The notes under the pieces: model-generated
Database searches by the model: none
What the model was told of the DNA's origin: nothing
What the model saw: the letters and a program-made list of their open reading frames with translations, nothing else
NCBI GenBank assembly: GCA_964247055.1
Contig: OZ176052.1
Location: 12,152,001 to 12,216,000 of the forward strand
Source: Paragordius varius
Taxonomy: Eukaryota; Animalia; Nematomorpha
Direction of reading: 5' to 3'
Length of the DNA stretch: 64,000 nucleotides
Made by a program: the position numbers and the translations under genes
Part shown: positions 58,701-64,000 of the stretch, in pieces
How positions within the stretch are numbered: the stretch's first letter is position 1
How the letters are laid out: each line of letters opens with the position of its first letter

Positions 58701-61700
58701 GGTGAAAAGTTTTTTTTTCATCCAACTCTGCTCGCAATGATAAACATTCATCCTTTAACTGTGAATTTCTGTGATTTAGAAAAAAAGTAAAAAATAAAAA
58801 AATAAAATGGTGTAAATAAAAGTATTTTAAGCTTTTACCGAAAAAACGGTATTATATTAAAAACAAAAATGTATTTAAAATATAGAGTAGAAAATCCGTG
58901 TAATAATGGTAAATACTAAAAACTAAAAATTTAAAGATTACATTCCCATTTATAAAAAAATAATTTATATCTAATACTCGTTAAGCATATCCTTATATTT
59001 ATGCTCAAGGTCCAACAGTAATTGGTTAGCTTGGATACTTGAATCTGAGGGCTCCTGTTTTAGCAACGTTAGTATTTCCTCATTTTTCTTTTCAAGCAAT
59101 TGTTTAAGTGTGGCATTTTCTTTTGAAAGTTCATCAACATGGACAGAAGTCGAGCCTCGATTTTCCTTCATGTTTTGCAGTTCGGCCAGGTATAAACCTT
59201 CTGTTTTAAGCGCTAAAATCCACAAATTATAAGTGGAAAAAAATGTTAAAAAGTTACCCAATTACAGGTAAAATTGAAATTGAAAAATGTATAATTGATG
59301 GAGTTACCAATATACATTACATCTTTATATCATACTTTACTATTTAATGGAATGTTTTATATTATAAAATTCAAGTTTTAAGTAAAGCGATCTTTTGAAA
59401 ATGGTTGTCTTTATGCTTTTATGTTTTGTCGTATATTATCAATTTTACGGTAAAAACTTATCTTTAGTCAAAATATAAATTGGACAATTAATAATATTAA
59501 TCCAAACGCAGACAATTAATATTTATAATCCAAACGCAGAGTACAAAAAAATTTACACAATAAATAAATAACTTTTCACTTATAAATTTAGTATTTCTTA
59601 CCTGTATAAAGTTTTTCCTTAAATTCTTCGTTCTCATTGGTGAGAGCAATAATTTTTTTCTCCATTTCTTCCAAATCTGTGGATTTGCTGGCCACCAAAA
59701 ATGTAAGCTTTTTAATTTCCTCATCCTTATTTTCGTTCATTAAGTGACTTGATCCTTTTTCTAAACCCAATAAAATTTATAATTTTAAATATTTTCTAAT
59801 CGAGAAATGTGATATATAGCTATTTAATCAACTTATATGCTGCAAAGATAAATATTTTTAACACAAAAATTTTATAAAATTGGAGCACACGAAGAAAAAC
59901 TTATAGTTCATAAGTAAAAGCAAAAGTATTTCTATTCTCTACGCTAATCAAAACACTCTTAAAAAGTGGGAAAAAAACTTGAAACAATATTCCATTGTGA
60001 CCAGGATTGATCATCTTGATCGGGGCGAGAGGAGAGTGATGATGAAGAATGGTGTCTGCGCTCATTTAATTTACGTTTCAAATCTTGGACTTCATCCTAA
60101 TGTTGAATTACGAAACATTAAATCATGTAAATATATAAGGTAAAAATGAAAAATAAACAGACAAATAAACGCAACGCAAAAAACTAAAAGACAAATAATA
60201 TGGTTTGTCGATTACCACACCTTTTCAGGACTTAATTTTTCCCACATAAACTAATTAGTTAAAATGTTAAATTATATATACAATTGAGTGTATTAACAAA
60301 TTATAATCCATTCCCTAATTTGCCTCCCGAAATAATGAGCTATATTTTAAAAAAATCAAGGTTTTAACAAGTATGCTTATCCATTCAAAGAAAATATTTT
60401 TCTTAAATTTTTTCATTTTGTCTAAATAAAAGTTTTAATCTGTATAAACTTTAAGCATATTCACAGCTTTAAATTTTACAATGATGTATTATCAATAAAA
60501 TTTTAAAAACAAAATCATTATTTAATTTTAGTTTGAATGATTTAACCCTTCATTTATGAAAAAATATGTCCATAGCTTTAAATCGATAGCGATATTTAAT
60601 CGAATCAATGACATTTAGATTTAATATTGTGTAAATAGATTTGTCCATATAATAAATGATCATTAACAAAGCATTTCATCATTAAAATTTAAATAAAAAA
60701 GAAAATAACTTATTTATTTCCCTAATGCTAAAAGATCAATTAAAAAGCATTATTAAGTTTTCGAATGAATGCAGAGAAGCATATAAAAATATGATAAAAT
60801 AAGCACAACTAATTATTGCTATTTTGTGTAATTTTTTAGAAATAAATTTGAATGGGATTTCCACAACTAACATATAAATAAAAATTTGATTAAAATGTTA
60901 TGATTTTATGGTTCAACAAATTGGGTAGTTGACTACCCCACCACAGCCATGAACACAATCTGTATTAACACTCAATTACCTTTTGGGGTAGTTTTACCCA
61001 GAGCCATTTTGAGTATCTTAAAAGGTATTTAAAGTATTAAGCAGAATTTAAAAATGTGTTTTCTTTAGTGTTTTAAGAACATTATACAAAAGAATTTTCT
61101 TAAGAAAATGTAAAATTGAAAAAACATCTCAAACTTTGTGTCGCCAGATTTTTTTCTAAATCCTTAATGCAACAGACAAATAAATTATATATTTGAAAAT
61201 GTAAGTGATTAACTTTAAGCATTAGATTTCATGCTACCAGTGAAAAATTGATATTTTTTATTTAATATCGGCTGTTCGTTTCAATCGTATTTTGCAGCTG
61301 TCCCAATTTTAGGCTCTAGAAATCACAAAATTGTAAAAAACATAACCTTTTTTATCTAATATATGACAACTATACTTGATAATTAAATTTTAACTATAGC
61401 TTTCAAAACTGCAGTTTATTTACAAAATATCTCTGGGATATAAAAGTACCCCAAAAGGTAAACTGATAAAGTAAAGAGGTAATGAAGAGGTATATTGAAA
61501 ATAATAAATACGCTTTCCATATTAATGTATAATTAATTAAACATCGATACAGATAACCTCCATAAAAAACTTTAATTACTTAAATTTAAGTTAAATATAA
61601 TAATTCTTATTCAAACATAAATAACATAAAAATTCACTAAAATTACGGGGAAAAAATGATTAAATTGCCAATGGCCTGTGCATTAAAAGTGGTTTAGATA

Positions 61701-62966
61701 TTAGCCTAGAATTTACACCATAAGAATTTATGAGTTATTGATCATATTTTCTTTAATATTAAAATTTTTTATTTTTTTTTCTTTCATTTAACATATATCA
61801 TTATACGACTGGGGAAGTCAGCCCCAATATATATAAAAGAATACGACATAGATTGTATAAGAGTTGGAAGAAAATATTTGGTTTAAATATAATATTAATA
61901 GATGTGAATTAAAATATTATTTTAATTTTAATAAAACTCAAAAAAATTCAGATTTCAAACTTAATGTATATATTTGATAAAGTATAGCTAAAGATCGCAT
62001 ATTTCAAAATTAAAATTACAAGCAACGTTTTTCCACACAACTTAAAGCAGCAACATAAAATAAATGACAAAAGTCATTAGAAGGATAAAAACAAACAAAA
62101 TAAAAGTACTTACTTACTTACTCAGGTATTAATTGTTATTACAATTTACAAACAAATTTCAGGCATAAATAAAAAAAATGTTTATAGTTTTGGTTAAGAT
62201 ATTTTTAAACCCAAAATGTATATATCAGGGAGTTGGTTTTTTGTTTTTGCAAAAAAATCTACTTTATGTACTCTTTCGCGCATTAGCAAAAAACATAAGG
62301 AAAAATAAAACGGGATCTGGCTGCCTATCATATAAATTTTTATAAAATTTCATAATTTTTAGTAAATTTTTACAACTGAAAAAAAATTTCAAATGAAAAA
62401 ATGCACATTATCTTTTTTTTGCCTAGGCTTTAATTACTGTTTTTTAAATGAAACGTTCTCTCCACTATCTTAAATACTCATGTGTGCATGTACAACAAAG
62501 TATAAATAAAAATAAATGTGTGTAATGTGATGTGAGATGAGAGGATAGGAGAGTTCAAAAACCTGAGAACTGAACGAACGAACATAGAGAAGAGATATGT
62601 TTGGTGCATGTTTTTTGTGGTTTTTTAGATTTTTCAAACATTTTTTTCTTAAAAATTAAATTTTTTTAGCAGAAAAAAAACAAAAACAAAATGTATATAT
62701 GTGTGTGTAAAACATAAGGAGATATGGTTATCGACTGACTGGCTCTTCAATATTTCAATTATAATTACGCAATCATCTCATTTGTAAAGTTCGTTTATAT
62801 TAATAAACACACACATCAACCAATATAAATTTTAAAAAGACTTCCAAAAATAAAAATGTATCATAAAATTTATCAAAACCTCTTTTTCCTGTAGCAAAGC
62901 TCTGTATTGTGCCGCAATTTTTTTAGCTTGATACTGGCTAGCTTCCACTTCCTGACGCATGATCTC
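52743..62966 (-). CDS. TRIP11: Golgin GMAP-210/TRIP11-like long coiled-coil protein with GRAB domain; 5' end beyond the window
   Basis: Many coiled-coil exons. GRAB-like HVEK|DIIKNLFMKYLTAP...QRIEIGFLLGKVLNF (cf. KVDKVLMRNLFIGHFHTP..QRHEVLRLMGSILGV), GA1-like GLGKLFIKFLEEES (cf. FSELFVKFLETES), and N-terminal exon 62880-62966 QAKKIAAQYRALLQEKE. Stop TGA at 52743. Confidence 0.8.
55452..55764. mobile_element. MITE family B copy, TRIP11 intron
   Basis: ATACCATTTACAATTCAAATTCACCC ... (GGGTAAATTTGAATTGTTC)n GAACTGTAAATGGTATA. Confidence 0.85.
60977..61460. mobile_element. MITE family D, copy 2 (TRIP11 intron)
   Basis: TA|CCTTTTGGGGTAGTTTTACCCAGAG ... CTCTGGGATATAAAAGTACCCCAAAAGG|TA. Confidence 0.8.
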
Positions 62967-64000
62967 CTATAGGATAGATAATATTGGAATTGTTTTTAAA
63001 AAATATTTTTACCAAAATTTGAGAGTACAATGTTAAACCATAAAAAACGTAGTAGTTAGTAGAGGTGAGTTGAAATATAGTTGTACAAAACAAAAAGTAT
63101 GCAAATGTTAAATATGATATATGGTTATTCTAAAAACTTGTGTACCTTTATTTCCCCTTCATACAATCAGTAATCTAATTTAACTGAAGGAATAAATAAG
63201 AATAATAAAAAGTAGATAGGTAGGCAGGCAAATGATGAGTCTCGCATACAACAATATTTTAGCGGTTAGCCAAACAGGTAAATTCATTTTGATATAAAAA
63301 AACTTGATATGTAAATATATTAACAACCCTGGATTACAACCAACCACTTGAATGATTAGGGGAAAAAAACTTTTTTATGTTTGAAAAACGGCCAATTTAT
63401 ACAAATTTTAGAAATATATCTCTAATATATATATATGCATGTTTAGCAAAATATAAGATAAGATAAAATTATTTAAAATAATACTAACAAATGAACATAC
63501 AAACATATTTATTTATACGGTTATTACTTCTACATGAGAAAAATTACATTTATAATTTTATACGTTATGTTGGCTAACATGTGTTTTTTAGGAATAAAAA
63601 ACCGAAAAATTCATATGGTTAATTTGTTATATGATGATGATAAAAAAGAGCATTGAATTGTTCAATGACAATTATGCATATAGTCAAAGATAAGGTTAAC
63701 ATATTTGTAAAAATGATTTTACAAGGTTTTACTGTTAGTATTTAGTAACTCTCTGCCCATAAAATAGAATTAAGAAAATACGAATTTTGATTTATTTGTA
63801 AAGAACCCTAAAAACTTAGGGTAAAGCTAAAATAACATTTTTTATATAATGTATCCTTGAACAGAAACAGAGTTAACACAAAATATTAATTTATATAATA
63901 TAAGTATGATAATCTCGTTCAATTTTTTCCTATTGAATAAACAAAAAACCTAATTTGTTATATCTTGATGAAATTTGTGTTAAACCTTGGTTTAATTTGA

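Noticed and set aside
1-64000. tRNA or rRNA genes, and the many 60-100-aa AT-rich ORFs in the track
   Set aside because: No cloverleaf or rRNA-like sequence was seen; the short ORFs are intronic/intergenic or antisense noise, or partial exons already assigned.
1-64000. Species assignment
   Set aside because: Gene content is animal-like and tiny introns recall dicyemids or other reduced parasites, but the sequence alone does not allow a reliable taxon call.

Overview
Very AT-rich eukaryotic (animal-like) genomic DNA with spliceosomal GT-AG introns. Seven genes are recognisable by recalled family motifs: AASDHPPT (-), POLH (-), SMARCAD1 (+), CCDC47 (-), GMF (+), mitochondrial SerRS/SARS2 (+) and RBM34 (+). 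An eighth, a TRIP11/GMAP-210-like golgin (-), runs off the right end. There are also two genes of unknown function. Intergenic DNA and long introns hold decayed mariner/Tc1 and RTE-LINE remnants, several MITE/foldback families, a Helitron-like end and a 5.4-kb 21-nt-unit tandem array. Main observations: (1) 23 frame-restoring ultra-short introns of 22-31 nt (mode 22) coexist with 80-1000-nt introns, mostly at gene 5' ends, and all four 3n-length ones carry an in-frame stop. (2) Two head-to-head gene pairs have start codons only 30 and 47 nt apart. (3) The 21-nt array's two main variants differ only at codon-spaced positions: it reads as an open Asn-rich heptad on the minus strand, or as LLESNG-UGA repeated on the plus strand. 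(4) The Pol eta carries a C-terminal UBM-like motif. All protein identifications are from recalled motifs, not database searches; exon boundaries are manual predictions.
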